In this document: positions 24,984 through 32,748 of the stretch, one piece after another
Numbering within the stretch: position 1 is the first letter of the stretch
How the letters are laid out: every line of letters begins with the position of its first letter
IMG/VR virus record: IMGVR_UViG_3300037743_000150
Coordinates: 1 to 42,432 of that record
Strand: one strand, 5' to 3'
Length of the DNA: 42,432 nucleotides
DNA from: a virus
Taxonomy: Duplodnaviria; Caudoviricetes
The notes under the pieces: generated by a model
Told to the model about the DNA's origin: nothing
What the model saw: only the letters and a program-made list of their open reading frames with translations
Databases searched by the model: none
Made by a program: the position numbers and the translations under genes

Positions 24984-25190
24984 CTCCGCGGTGGGTCTGC
25001 CTCCGGGGTAGCCAGTCATGCCCGCCTAGTGGCACAGCGCAGACCCGCTGCGGGGGAACGGCCCGGACGCACCCCCGCTCCAAGTTGGCTCGACGTCATG
25101 CCCCGCGGCTCCGGTCGCGGGGCACCGTCGCGCCTGGGGGTGTTGTAGATCTACGAGTTCTCGTAGTCCTTGTAGGTGCGCGGGAGCGGG
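24984..25190 (+). ncRNA. highly structured intergenic RNA or terminator between convergent operons
   Basis: Long stems whose deviations are G-U pairs on the + strand; cUCCGg tetraloop at 25109-25114. Confidence 0.45.
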
Positions 25191-25205
25191 AAACGTCGCG
25201 CCGAA

Positions 25206-25472
25206 TCACGGCGACTCATCCGGTACGGCTTGGACCATGCGGCGGTGCCCCTGAGAGAGGACCGCCGAGTTCCACGCCCGCCCGTAGATGCCTCGCTTGC
25301 GGCGAGCGCACTCGTCGTACACCCGGTCGCAGCGATCGTGATACTTGGCCGCCCACCGGGTGCCGTTCATGATGGCAGCGTCGAGGATGGCTGTAGCCGC
25401 GATCATCTCAAGCTCCTCGTCGGGCAGCGCGGCGAGGACGTCGTCGCTCATGGCGTCGATGCGGTCGGTCAT
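25206..25472 (-). CDS. hypothetical protein
   Basis: MTDRIDAMSDD...; coupled to upstream small ORF. Confidence 0.6.
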   Translation of the reverse strand: MTDRIDAMSDDVLAALPDEELEMIAATAILDAAIMNGTRWAAKYHDRCDRVYDECARRKRGIYGRAWNSAVLSQGHRRMVQAVPDESP

Positions 25473-25546
25473 CAGAGCCCGCCCTTGCGCATCCAGCGGC
25501 CGAGTTGGCGGTGGGCGTGCCGGCGCACCAGGCGCTGGGGGCTCAC
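25472..25546 (-). CDS. 24-aa basic peptide
   Basis: VSPQRLVRRHAHRQLGRWMRKGGL; GTGA and TGATG coupling on either side. Confidence 0.4.
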   Translation of the reverse strand: MSPQRLVRRHAHRQLGRWMRKGGL

Positions 25547-26262
25547 CGCTGAACTCCAGTGAGAGGCCGGAGCAGCACGGACAAATCGACATCGAGCGCC
25601 CGGGCGAAGGCCATGGCCACCTCTGCGCTCGGATTGCTTCGGCCTCGCTCGATATGCCCGAGGTGGCTGCTGGTGATGCCGGCGATCCGTGCCAGGTCCG
25701 CCATGGACATCCTCGCGCTGAGCCGTGCGGCTCGCAGAGCCGCACCGTCGACCCGGACACCGAGCGAGTAGTGCCCCTTCAGCCGTCGATCCTGCATGTT
25801 GTCGAGCTGTGACCCGAGCCGGAGATGGCCGACGTAGAAGCAGGGCGGCTGGTCGCAGTAGTGCAACACGTTGACGTCAGGCGGGATCGGGCCATAGGCC
25901 TGCTCCCAAGCCCAGCGGTGGACCCGCATCATCTTCCGACGACCGTTAACCATCGGACCGAGTGAGCCCCAGCCATAACCCCCTTGGTCTGTGGCGTTCT
26001 CCCAAAGACGGCAGCAGCGGCACGGAACGGCATCGCCGCAGGTCGGACAGAACCCTGGCAGCGGAACTCCGTCACCTTGGGACCGCTCAAGATCGCTTCG
26101 GATCATCGTCAGTAGGTTCTTGGTCGATGGTCGCCTCTTCCATGGCTTGAGGCTGACGTTCGGATCGCCGTGGTTGCGCCAGCGTTCGTAGTGCATTGAG
26201 CACCAGCCTCGAGTGCCTGCTGGCTTCGAGCAGCCGTTGATGGAGCAGGGGGGTCTGTTCAT
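25543..26262 (-). CDS. Zn-finger + HNH endonuclease + XRE-HTH fusion
   Basis: C...GC......GWC..HY.RW..HGDP; C..W...GYG; HRWAWE...G.IP; H.CD.PPC....HL..G...DN; LR.AR...MS..DLA..AG.T...L..IERG..NPS. Confidence 0.85.
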   Translation of the reverse strand: MNRPPCSINGCSKPAGTRGWCSMHYERWRNHGDPNVSLKPWKRRPSTKNLLTMIRSDLERSQGDGVPLPGFCPTCGDAVPCRCCRLWENATDQGGYGWGSLGPMVNGRRKMMRVHRWAWEQAYGPIPPDVNVLHYCDQPPCFYVGHLRLGSQLDNMQDRRLKGHYSLGVRVDGAALRAARLSARMSMADLARIAGITSSHLGHIERGRSNPSAEVAMAFARALDVDLSVLLRPLTGVQR

Positions 26263-26402
26263 GGCCGAAACGGCGATCGTCGAAAGGCTCTCGCTAGCGC
26301 TCGATGGCCAGCTCTCCGAACGAGCCGCTCGCCGTAGCGGCCTTTCGAGATGGCACGGGCGTCGCCGTGCAGGCGCAGCAGACGGAACAGGAGACGGATC
26401 AC
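26259..26402 (-). CDS. 47-aa Arg-rich protein
   Basis: VIRLLFRLLRLHGDARAISKGRYGERLVRR...; overlaps both neighbours. Confidence 0.55.
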   Translation of the reverse strand: MIRLLFRLLRLHGDARAISKGRYGERLVRRAGHRALARAFRRSPFRP

Positions 26403-26719
26403 AGCGGGTCGCCGTGTCCGTCGTCGAGCCGGCCCTGGTCGTCGGTGACCCAGTCACCACCACCCTGCGGCTGGCTGCTCGCCGCCGGCTGGGTGGCCCA
26501 ACGCCTAGAGCACCACGAACACACCGGCAGCGCCCGGGCCTTCTCGATGCGCCGCTGGAGGGTCAGGTCGCCGGTCAGGAACCGGCGGAACCGGGCGACC
26601 ATCTCGGTCTCGGTCAGGAACAGGGAGCCGCACAGTGCTAGCCGCCGAGTGCCGCTGGCGTCCTCGGGGTCGGCGACGTGGCGCCGCTGGTCGCTGTACA
26701 GGTACACGGGCTCGCTCAC
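26399..26719 (-). CDS. hypothetical protein with H..ALCG..CxxC
   Basis: GTGA coupling; putative Zn ligands. Confidence 0.6.
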   Translation of the reverse strand: MSEPVYLYSDQRRHVADPEDASGTRRLALCGSLFLTETEMVARFRRFLTGDLTLQRRIEKARALPVCSWCSRRWATQPAASSQPQGGGDWVTDDQGRLDDGHGDPL

Positions 26720-26937
26720 GGCTGGGTGGTCCTCTCTCGTAGGAGTTCGATGGTGAGGGCGATCGTGTCCTCGGACGGCGGGGTGATGCCGGCGATGTCG
26801 GCGGCGAGCCGCCACTTGGTCTCGCCGTAGAAGGTGGCCATGTCGTAGGCGTCGGGGTCGTGTGGGTAGGCGGCGGTAACCACGGCTGCGAGTTTGCGGG
26901 CCCGCCGGTACTGGCACACCACCTTCGGGGCGGTCAT
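26716..26937 (-). CDS. hypothetical protein
   Basis: ATGA coupling; W..AA..AG..PPS..T. Confidence 0.6.
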   Translation of the reverse strand: MTAPKVVCQYRRARKLAAVVTAAYPHDPDAYDMATFYGETKWRLAADIAGITPPSEDTIALTIELLRERTTQP

Positions 26938-27125
26938 CGCTCGACGTGGCGGTCCAGTTGCAGCTTCGGGCCGATCAGCGACTCGACAACCCTCAGGAGT
27001 GCCGTCTGAGTGAAGCCCTCGCCGGGGGCATCGTCGAGCAGCACGATGGCGGCCGTCAGGGACTTCTCGGCCTCGATGACCTTGCGGAGGGCTGCCTTGC
27101 GGGGGTCGGTGGTGTCGTTCGCCAT
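26934..27125 (-). CDS. hypothetical protein, first gene of leftward operon (probably leaderless)
   Basis: ATG lies 7 nt after the -10 box. Confidence 0.65.
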   Translation of the reverse strand: MANDTTDPRKAALRKVIEAEKSLTAAIVLLDDAPGEGFTQTALLRVVESLIGPKLQLDRHVER

Positions 27126-27132
27126 GTACATG

Positions 27133-27161
27133 AGTGTAAACCCACTTGGCATAGTTGTCAA
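27133..27161 (-). promoter_or_regulatory. near-consensus sigmaA promoter TTGACA-N17-TACACT
   Basis: Read on the reverse strand; palindrome TAGTTG-T-CAACTA (27152-27164) overlaps the -35. Confidence 0.85.
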
Positions 27162-27213
27162 CTAGCTTTGCACTACCGTAAACTCGGTTGGCGTGACCAC
27201 TAACGTCAGCACG

Positions 27214-27411
27214 ATGGCAACGGCAGAGGAACGACTCGCACCCCACCGCCAGCGCATCGCTGCCGTTGAGGCCGACCTCGACGCCGCACGCCGAGCACGC
27301 GACGAAGAGATCCGGGCGTGCCTGCGCGACCAGCTCCCCATCGCTGCGATCGCCCGCGCCGCCGGCCTCTCCCGCACCGCGGTCTACGACATCCGCGACG
27401 CCCGCAAGTGA
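27214..27411 (+). CDS. small HTH DNA-binding protein
   Basis: RDEEIR......IAAIARAAGLSRTAVYDI; TAACGT box 7 nt before ATG. Confidence 0.8.
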   Translation: MATAEERLAPHRQRIAAVEADLDAARRARDEEIRACLRDQLPIAAIARAAGLSRTAVYDIRDARK

Positions 27412-27465
27412 CCACTGAACAGGTCCGCCTCAACCGGGAAGGCCGCCCGTGCGCGACCGACCGTC

Positions 27466-27505
27466 AGGCCGTGCTGAGGCCGTGTGAGGCCGTGTCCAGG
27501 CCGTG
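27466..27505 (+). repeat. AGGCCGTG x4, putative integrase arm or Xis sites
   Basis: Starts at 27466, 27477, 27487, 27498; related AGGCCGTC at about 27690. Confidence 0.7.
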
Positions 27506-27602
27506 ATTCGGCAGTATGACTAGGTAGATGCCGGTAACGGTAGGTAAGGCGTTCGTGCAGGTCAGGGCCGGTGTTCTGGCTGCCGCCTGGTGCTGTGACG
27601 AT

Positions 27603-27635
27603 GAGCCGGCTTGTAAGCGGGAAACAAGCCGGCTC
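27603..27635. other. perfect 12-bp inverted repeat: candidate attP core or terminator
   Basis: GAGCCGGCTTGT-N9-ACAAGCCGGCTC in the noncoding gap 3' of the integrase. Confidence 0.5.
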
Positions 27636-27695
27636 GACACAAGAAATGGCACCTGACCAGGTAGTTCGCACTCGAAATCACCCAGAATCAGGCCG

Positions 27696-28931
27696 TCAGG
27701 CCTCGCCCAGGCCTCGATCCGATCCAACTTCGTCGCCGCCGGCCTGCAGCACCGCGTCCGCAGCGGCCCGGGCCCGGTCGAAGTCATCAACCCACAGGTG
27801 GGCGTAGGTTTGCATGCACTCTTCCGGTGAGTGCCCCAGGATCGCGGCGGTCGCCACCACCGACAGGCCCCGGGCGATCAGCAGCGAAGCGAAGTAGTGC
27901 CGGATGTCGTGCAGCGTGAAGTACCGGCCGATCGCCGGGTCACGTTCCCCGCGGTCCTCGCCCGGGTCGGGCCGGCCCGGATCGGATGCGAGGCGTTTGC
28001 GGGTCGCTTTCTCCCACGCATCGTCCACGGTCTGGCGGGCGACCGGCCGCCCGGTCGAGGTCGTGAACACGAGGCCGGGCCCGGTCGGGGGGAACTCGGC
28101 GACCTGAGCCGACAGCACCCCCAGCACGAAATCGCCGACCGGCACCACCCGGTTCGAGCGCCCACTCTTCGGGTCCACCAGGAACAGGCCGTCCCCCAAC
28201 GACACCGCTGTCTCGCCCTTCGGCATCTTGCCGTGGCGGTCGAGGTGCGCCTGCAGTCTCGGGCGGCGCTGCAACTGCCGGTCGACCCGGATCTGCTTGG
28301 TGAGGAAGTCGATGCGGTCCAGGGTCAGCCCGAACAGCTCGCCCTGGCGGAGCCCGGTCCCCGCCAGCGTCGGCACGCAGCGCCGGTAGTAGGTAGGGAG
28401 CCGCGGGTGCACGAGCTCCAAAGCCTCGAGGCCGGGGATCGTGATCTTCTTGCTGACTTTCGGCAGGTTGATCCGGTCGGTGCACGGGGACTCGGGGATC
28501 AGCTTCTCGTCCACGGCGGCGTAGGTGAAGATCATGCCGGCGAGCCGGTAGATGGACTCGACGGTCGCCGGGGCGAGCCCCTTGTTGGCCAGCGACGTCA
28601 CCCAGTTCTGCACCCGGGTGTGCCCGATGGCCCGCAGCTGCAGGTCCTGGAAGGCGGGCAGGATGTGGTTGCGGAGGTCGCCCTCATATTTGGCGAGGGT
28701 CGATTCGCGTACGTGTACCTGCCCGGCCATGTACCGCTTCGCGACATCCCCGAACAGGGTTTTGGCGCCCCTCGGGTCGATCCATGTTCCGCGCACTGCC
28801 TGGCCGCGCTGCTCGTCGAGCCAGTCGTTGGCGTCGCCTTTGCGGTCGAACGTCTCGGAGGTCTCCCGGCCGCCGGGTGGCGTGAACCGTGCCCGGTACC
28901 GCCCGTTCCTGGACTCCACGAATCCCGCCAC
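27696..28931 (-). CDS. int: tyrosine integrase
   Basis: TGLRQGEL, PKS, HDIRHYFAS, LGH, TYAHL catalytic set; N-terminal arm-binding and SAM-like domains. Confidence 0.96.
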   Translation of the reverse strand: MAGFVESRNGRYRARFTPPGGRETSETFDRKGDANDWLDEQRGQAVRGTWIDPRGAKTLFGDVAKRYMAGQVHVRESTLAKYEGDLRNHILPAFQDLQLRAIGHTRVQNWVTSLANKGLAPATVESIYRLAGMIFTYAAVDEKLIPESPCTDRINLPKVSKKITIPGLEALELVHPRLPTYYRRCVPTLAGTGLRQGELFGLTLDRIDFLTKQIRVDRQLQRRPRLQAHLDRHGKMPKGETAVSLGDGLFLVDPKSGRSNRVVPVGDFVLGVLSAQVAEFPPTGPGLVFTTSTGRPVARQTVDDAWEKATRKRLASDPGRPDPGEDRGERDPAIGRYFTLHDIRHYFASLLIARGLSVVATAAILGHSPEECMQTYAHLWVDDFDRARAAADAVLQAGGDEVGSDRGLGEA

Positions 28932-28972
28932 CCCGCACACAGTGCGCTCAGTGCGGGCCGGGCGTCAACCCC

Positions 28973-29179
28973 TCAGCGTGACCGCCGCTTGCGTTCCGCC
29001 TCGGCGCGGGCCGCCTCGTCGCGCTCGACCTTCTCCGCTATCGCCGCTTCGACCCACTCGGACCACTTCAGCTTGGTGCGCACCTGGAGGGCGCGGGCGC
29101 GGCCGTGGAGGTCCTCGTCGATATCGATGGCGACGTGTCCCACGGCGGGAGGTCTACCGACTGCCGGCACCGTGTCCAA
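28973..29179 (-). CDS. ribbon-helix-helix DNA-binding protein
   Basis: HVAIDIDEDLH...R.......SEWVEAAI.EK; start may be GTG at 29143. Confidence 0.7.
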   Translation of the reverse strand: MDTVPAVGRPPAVGHVAIDIDEDLHGRARALQVRTKLKWSEWVEAAIAEKVERDEAARAEAERKRRSR

Positions 29180-29276
29180 CTACCACGGTGCCGGCACCGT
29201 GGACACCGTCGGCACTATCGCCTACCGTCTTCACTACGTGAAGTGGCCCGGGCACTGCTTGCACAGCCCCGGGCCA
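29162..29276. promoter_or_regulatory. operator-like palindrome cluster
   Basis: Perfect 20-bp palindrome CCACGGTGCCGGCACCGTGG at 29183-29202; repeated GGCACCGTG; CTTCAC-N3-GTGAAG; TGGCCCGGG..CCCGGGCCA hairpin. Confidence 0.6.
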
Positions 29277-29299
29277 GACGACCCACATAGGAGGTCGCA

Positions 29300-29476
29300 A
29301 TGGCAGATTACGCGGCAAGACCGGCAGCCGGCGAGGTGAACGACCTGCTCGCCCACCTCCGGGTGCTGTCGGGCCGGTACGCCCGGTTCGAGGACGTCCC
29401 CGAGGCCGAGGTGGACGCCTACCTGGCCCGCAAGCGGGACGTGCTGGGCCGCATCGACCCAGGGGCGCTGCTGTGA
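29300..29476 (+). CDS. hypothetical 58-aa protein (not in ORF track)
   Basis: AGGAGG RBS; MADYAARPAAGEVNDLL...YLARKRDVLGRI. Confidence 0.7.
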   Translation: MADYAARPAAGEVNDLLAHLRVLSGRYARFEDVPEAEVDAYLARKRDVLGRIDPGALL

Positions 29477-29673
29477 TCCGCCCGTCGACAGCGACGGCGC
29501 CCCGGCTCCGCATCGAGGTCCACCCCGACGGCGGCAACGTCCCGTTCATCGATGTTGAGCTCGACGACCGGTCCTTCACGCTCGACGTCGACACCGCCCA
29601 GGGGCTGGCGAACGGGATCTACGAGAAGATCCAGCTCGCCGGAGACTGCGTGCCCGAGCGGGTCGAGGAGTGA
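29473..29673 (+). CDS. hypothetical protein
   Basis: GTGA coupling. Confidence 0.6.
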   Translation: MIRPSTATAPRLRIEVHPDGGNVPFIDVELDDRSFTLDVDTAQGLANGIYEKIQLAGDCVPERVEE

Positions 29674-29973
29674 CGGTCGTGGTCCCTCACCTGGACACCA
29701 GTCAGGACAACTGCGTTGCCCACCGAGGTGAGGGGCCACTTCACGGCCTTCCGGGCCCGCCCCGGAGGAACGACCGCACGCCCCCAACCTGGCACGGGGA
29801 GGGGCGTGCGGTCACCTGCGAAGAGAAGATCAAGGTGGTTATTCACATCGAACACGGGCTGTAATAGCTGACCATCGGTCGTGGGTAGTGCTGGCGGACT
29901 CACGAACGGGCGATCGGAACGGCGGCGGCGAACGCCTCCGAGGGTGGGAAACGGGACAGGAGGCGTTCCCGAC

Positions 29974-30156
29974 ATGCCAGCAGAAGGGGACACCCGCCAG
30001 GCGGCGGGAACGGCGGACGGCGGATTTGGTGGCCCTGCGGCCGACCGGCTCGAACGGTTGGAGCGGAGGCAGAGGGTGCTTTTCGAGGCGCTCGCGGTCA
30101 TCGCCCAGTCGCATGGAGCAACGGCGACGGAGCTTCGGCGACTACTGAGTGACTGA
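29974..30156 (+). CDS. hypothetical protein convergent on repressor
   Basis: AGGAGG upstream; RLERLERRQRVLFEAL coiled coil. Confidence 0.5.
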   Translation: MPAEGDTRQAAGTADGGFGGPAADRLERLERRQRVLFEALAVIAQSHGATATELRRLLSD

Positions 30157-30507
30157 CCCCGGGTCGAACTCGTCACGGGTGTAGCGGTAGAACCCGGCGA
30201 CCGTGCGCCGCCCGAAAGGCGTGAGCGCAGGGTCCGACTCGATCGCGGCCTCGATGTCCATGGGCTCGACGTAGCCGGCGAGCGTGAGCACGTAGCCCCG
30301 TGTCTTGCCGCAGAGGGCGTCGAGGACGGGTAGCTGATCCAGCCGAGGGGCGCGGTCGCCGTTCTCCCATCGGGTGATGGTCGGATCGCTCACACCGAAC
30401 TCGGTGGCTATCTGGCGCGTGGACATCCCCTTGGCGCGCAGTGCTCCGATGGCCTCGGCGACGGCGCGGATCAGTGCAGGGTCCGGCGGATGGGCCACGG
30501 CCGCCAC
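30142..30507 (-). CDS. immunity repressor (XRE HTH); start approximate
   Basis: LR.KGMSTRQIA..FGVS..TITRWENGDRAP; IE.AI..DP.L; divergent from Cro-like gene. Confidence 0.85.
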   Translation of the reverse strand: MAAVAHPPDPALIRAVAEAIGALRAKGMSTRQIATEFGVSDPTITRWENGDRAPRLDQLPVLDALCGKTRGYVLTLAGYVEPMDIEAAIESDPALTPFGRRTVAGFYRYTRDEFDPGSVTQ

Positions 30508-30563
30508 TTTGGCACGTTCCGTTCCAATCGACAACCCGGACGAAGATTCCGCCTCGGTAGGGG

Positions 30564-30592
30564 TTGCGCTGAATCGGCAGTACCAGTACGGT
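30564..30592 (+). promoter_or_regulatory. early lytic promoter TTGCGC-N17-TACGGT
   Basis: Spacing counted; GTG 30600 follows 7 nt later (leaderless). Confidence 0.65.
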
Positions 30593-30599
30593 ACGGCTC

Positions 30600-30821
30600 G
30601 TGCCAAACCAGACAGAGTCCGACGAGGAGGTTCGCCCGCACTGGGCGGACGCCCTGCGACTGGAGCGCCACCGTCGCCGGCTCAGTCAGGCCGACGTCGC
30701 CGAACAGGCCGGAGTAGCCACACGGGTCGTCAGCAAGGTCGAGGCTGGCCGCGGTAGCGCGGCCTCCGTCATCGCCATCGCCAAGGCGCTCGACGTCGAC
30801 CTGAACAGCGAGGCGTCGTGA
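30600..30821 (+). CDS. Cro-like XRE HTH protein
   Basis: LR.ER....LSQADVAEQAGV....VSKVEAG. Confidence 0.85.
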   Translation: MPNQTESDEEVRPHWADALRLERHRRRLSQADVAEQAGVATRVVSKVEAGRGSAASVIAIAKALDVDLNSEAS

Positions 30822-31135
30822 GCGACTGCGCCTTCCCCGGTTGCCGATCGGGTGCCATCCACAACCCATTCGACACGCACTTCCTCTGCGCCTGCGGATG
30901 GGTGGGCTATGTCCATAGCCGACACGTGTCCTGCCTCACCGCGGTGCGCCTCGGCGGGCGACAGGGCATACCTGACGCCGCGGCCCGGGTCCTCCACAGG
31001 ATCGTTGCCCGTCAGCGGCTTCGTCGGCTCCCGCTGCGTGTCGTGCAGCCGCCTGTCGTTACCCGCATCGCTATCGCCAAGGCGCTCGACACCACACACG
31101 ACTCGCTGTTCTCAGTAGACGAGGTCGTGGCGTGA
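30818..31135 (+). CDS. Cys-rich hypothetical protein ending in an XRE C-terminal remnant
   Basis: GTGA coupling; ends RIAIAKALDTTHDSLF. Confidence 0.5.
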   Translation: MSDCAFPGCRSGAIHNPFDTHFLCACGWVGYVHSRHVSCLTAVRLGGRQGIPDAAARVLHRIVARQRLRRLPLRVVQPPVVTRIAIAKALDTTHDSLFSVDEVVA

Positions 31136-31512
31136 GCGGTCTACCCAACGGTTGGGGGCCAGGGCCATGGGAGTTCACCGGTCTCTCATGGACCGACAAG
31201 AGCAACCAGTTCGGCAACCTCCGGCCATGGGTTTCGGGTGAGCGCACAGGGTCGGCCCCCATCGTGACCACCGACGTCCAACCCCCCGCGGGCGAGAGGA
31301 TCGACAAGCGCGCAGGGACAAGGGCAAAGCGGGAGACTCCTGGCGCCCTCAAGGCGCTGTGCTGGTGCGGACGGTCGATAGTCCTTGTGGAAACCAGGCT
31401 CGTTCGCCATGGCCTGACCGAGAGCTGCTCGATCTACCACTGCGAGCCCCCCAAGGACAGCCCGGCCTGCGTGTGGCGGGATTGGTGGCAGACACGGGAG
31501 GTCGCAGCCTGA
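31132..31512 (+). CDS. hypothetical protein (CWC..T.SC...C)
   Basis: Coupled ORF, putative Zn ligands. Confidence 0.55.
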   Translation: MSGLPNGWGPGPWEFTGLSWTDKSNQFGNLRPWVSGERTGSAPIVTTDVQPPAGERIDKRAGTRAKRETPGALKALCWCGRSIVLVETRLVRHGLTESCSIYHCEPPKDSPACVWRDWWQTREVAA

Positions 31513-31763
31513 TGACCCCCGAGACCCTCACCGACGTCATCGACGTCACAGCGCAGGCGATCCTCGAAGCCGCGCAGCTCGACGGGCTGCCGCTCATGGG
31601 GAAGCTGTGGACGCTGCGGGTCGAGGGCGACGAGATCCTGCTGCGCATCGGTGCCGGGTTGAACAACACGGAGGTGCCGCGCCAGCCGCCACCGCCGCCG
31701 CCGGACCCGGAGCCTGAGCCGGCCCCGCCACCCCCGCCGCCGACCGACCGGGCAGGTGCGTGA
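31512..31763 (+). CDS. hypothetical protein with polyproline tail
   Basis: GGAGG RBS; TGATG coupling. Confidence 0.6.
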   Translation: MTPETLTDVIDVTAQAILEAAQLDGLPLMGKLWTLRVEGDEILLRIGAGLNNTEVPRQPPPPPPDPEPEPAPPPPPPTDRAGA

Positions 31764-31981
31764 TGGCCGCCCCGTACCCGCTGCCGTACTGGTTCACGGC
31801 CGAGAAGCCTCCGGGCCGGTTCTCGCGCCGGCACCCCGACGAGGTCGAGAACGCCACTGCCCGCGTGCTCTACAAGTTCAACCGCGGCCCGCAGGCCCGG
31901 CGCCGCCGTGCGAACGAGCGGGCTGCGTGCACGCTGCCGAAGTCGCATTCGGCACATGAGTGCAACGGCGGTGCGTCGTGA
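31760..31981 (+). CDS. hypothetical protein
   Basis: Coupled ORF. Confidence 0.45.
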   Translation: MMAAPYPLPYWFTAEKPPGRFSRRHPDEVENATARVLYKFNRGPQARRRRANERAACTLPKSHSAHECNGGAS

Positions 31982-32190
31982 CCGTTGTCGACCCGATGCT
32001 GGACACGCCCGCGGCTGCGAGGGAACTCGGCCTGGCCCCGCAGACGTTGTGCAACAAACGCTCCCGTGGCGGCGGCCCCCCGTTCGTGAAGCTCGACGGT
32101 GCTGTCCGCTACCGGCTGGCCGACTTGGAGCGTTGGAAGGCCGACAACACGCATGTGCGCACCCCGGTGCGCCGCAAGGCGGCGTCGTGA
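31978..32190 (+). CDS. excisionase/AlpA-like HTH protein
   Basis: LDT..AA..LGLAPQTL...R..GGGPPFVKL..AVRYR..DL..W. Confidence 0.85.
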   Translation: MTVVDPMLDTPAAARELGLAPQTLCNKRSRGGGPPFVKLDGAVRYRLADLERWKADNTHVRTPVRRKAAS

Positions 32191-32486
32191 CCGTCGGCAG
32201 CCCGGGAGATTTCGGGAAGGCGTGCCGTTTCCCGGGTTGCACCCGTGCGGCAGCCGGGGGCGTCACCGGGTTGTGCCGGTCGCACGCCCAGCGGGCGTAC
32301 ACCCGTGGGACCAGCGACGGTCGCAGCAGCGGCCGTCACCCGAAGCTCACTGCGGATCAGGTTGCTGAGGCCCGCCGAATGCGGTCGGCGTTCAAGACCT
32401 TGGCCGAGATCGCCCGCAACTTCGGAGTCGATGTGAGCACCGTGCGGGGTTACCTGCGTGGCGACGTCAAGCCGAGGCAGCCGTGA
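32187..32486 (+). CDS. Zn-finger plus resolvase-type HTH protein
   Basis: C.FPGC...GLC.SH; KLT.DQV.EAR...L.EIAR.FGV..STV. Confidence 0.75.
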   Translation: MTVGSPGDFGKACRFPGCTRAAAGGVTGLCRSHAQRAYTRGTSDGRSSGRHPKLTADQVAEARRMRSAFKTLAEIARNFGVDVSTVRGYLRGDVKPRQP

Positions 32487-32748
32487 CCGCCGTCCTCCAC
32501 TGTTCTGCACCGGCTCACCGCCGTGCCGGTGCATCGCTGGGCCCGGCCCCTTCCGCTGCCGGGGTCGGGTCCAGCACCCATCTCCGCCACACAGCGATGG
32601 GGGTTCGTCGCTGTGGCGTGCCCGCCCCCGCCCGGCGCCATGTCCCCGGCACGCCCCCCCGCCGGGAATGCACCGACCCGAGGTACAGCGGGTCGCGGGC
32701 GGGGCGGGCTGTCTCTCCGCCCTGTGCCGAGAGGCCGAGTGATCAGCC

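Noticed and set aside
24984-25060. Known self-cleaving ribozyme
   Set aside because: Could not find hammerhead (CUGANGA/GAAA) or HDV-like core elements by eye
27466-27505. CRISPR-like mini-array
   Set aside because: 8-bp units with 2-3 nt gaps, no spacers, no cas genes
27600-27640. tRNA-Thr(UGU) gene or fragment
   Set aside because: Only an anticodon-loop-like CTTGTAA; no D-arm, GTTCGA T-arm or acceptor stem
29670-29864. 64-aa ORF and a TCGAAC half-site at about 29848 as a LexA box
   Set aside because: ORF composition looks non-coding; the second half-site GTTCGA is absent
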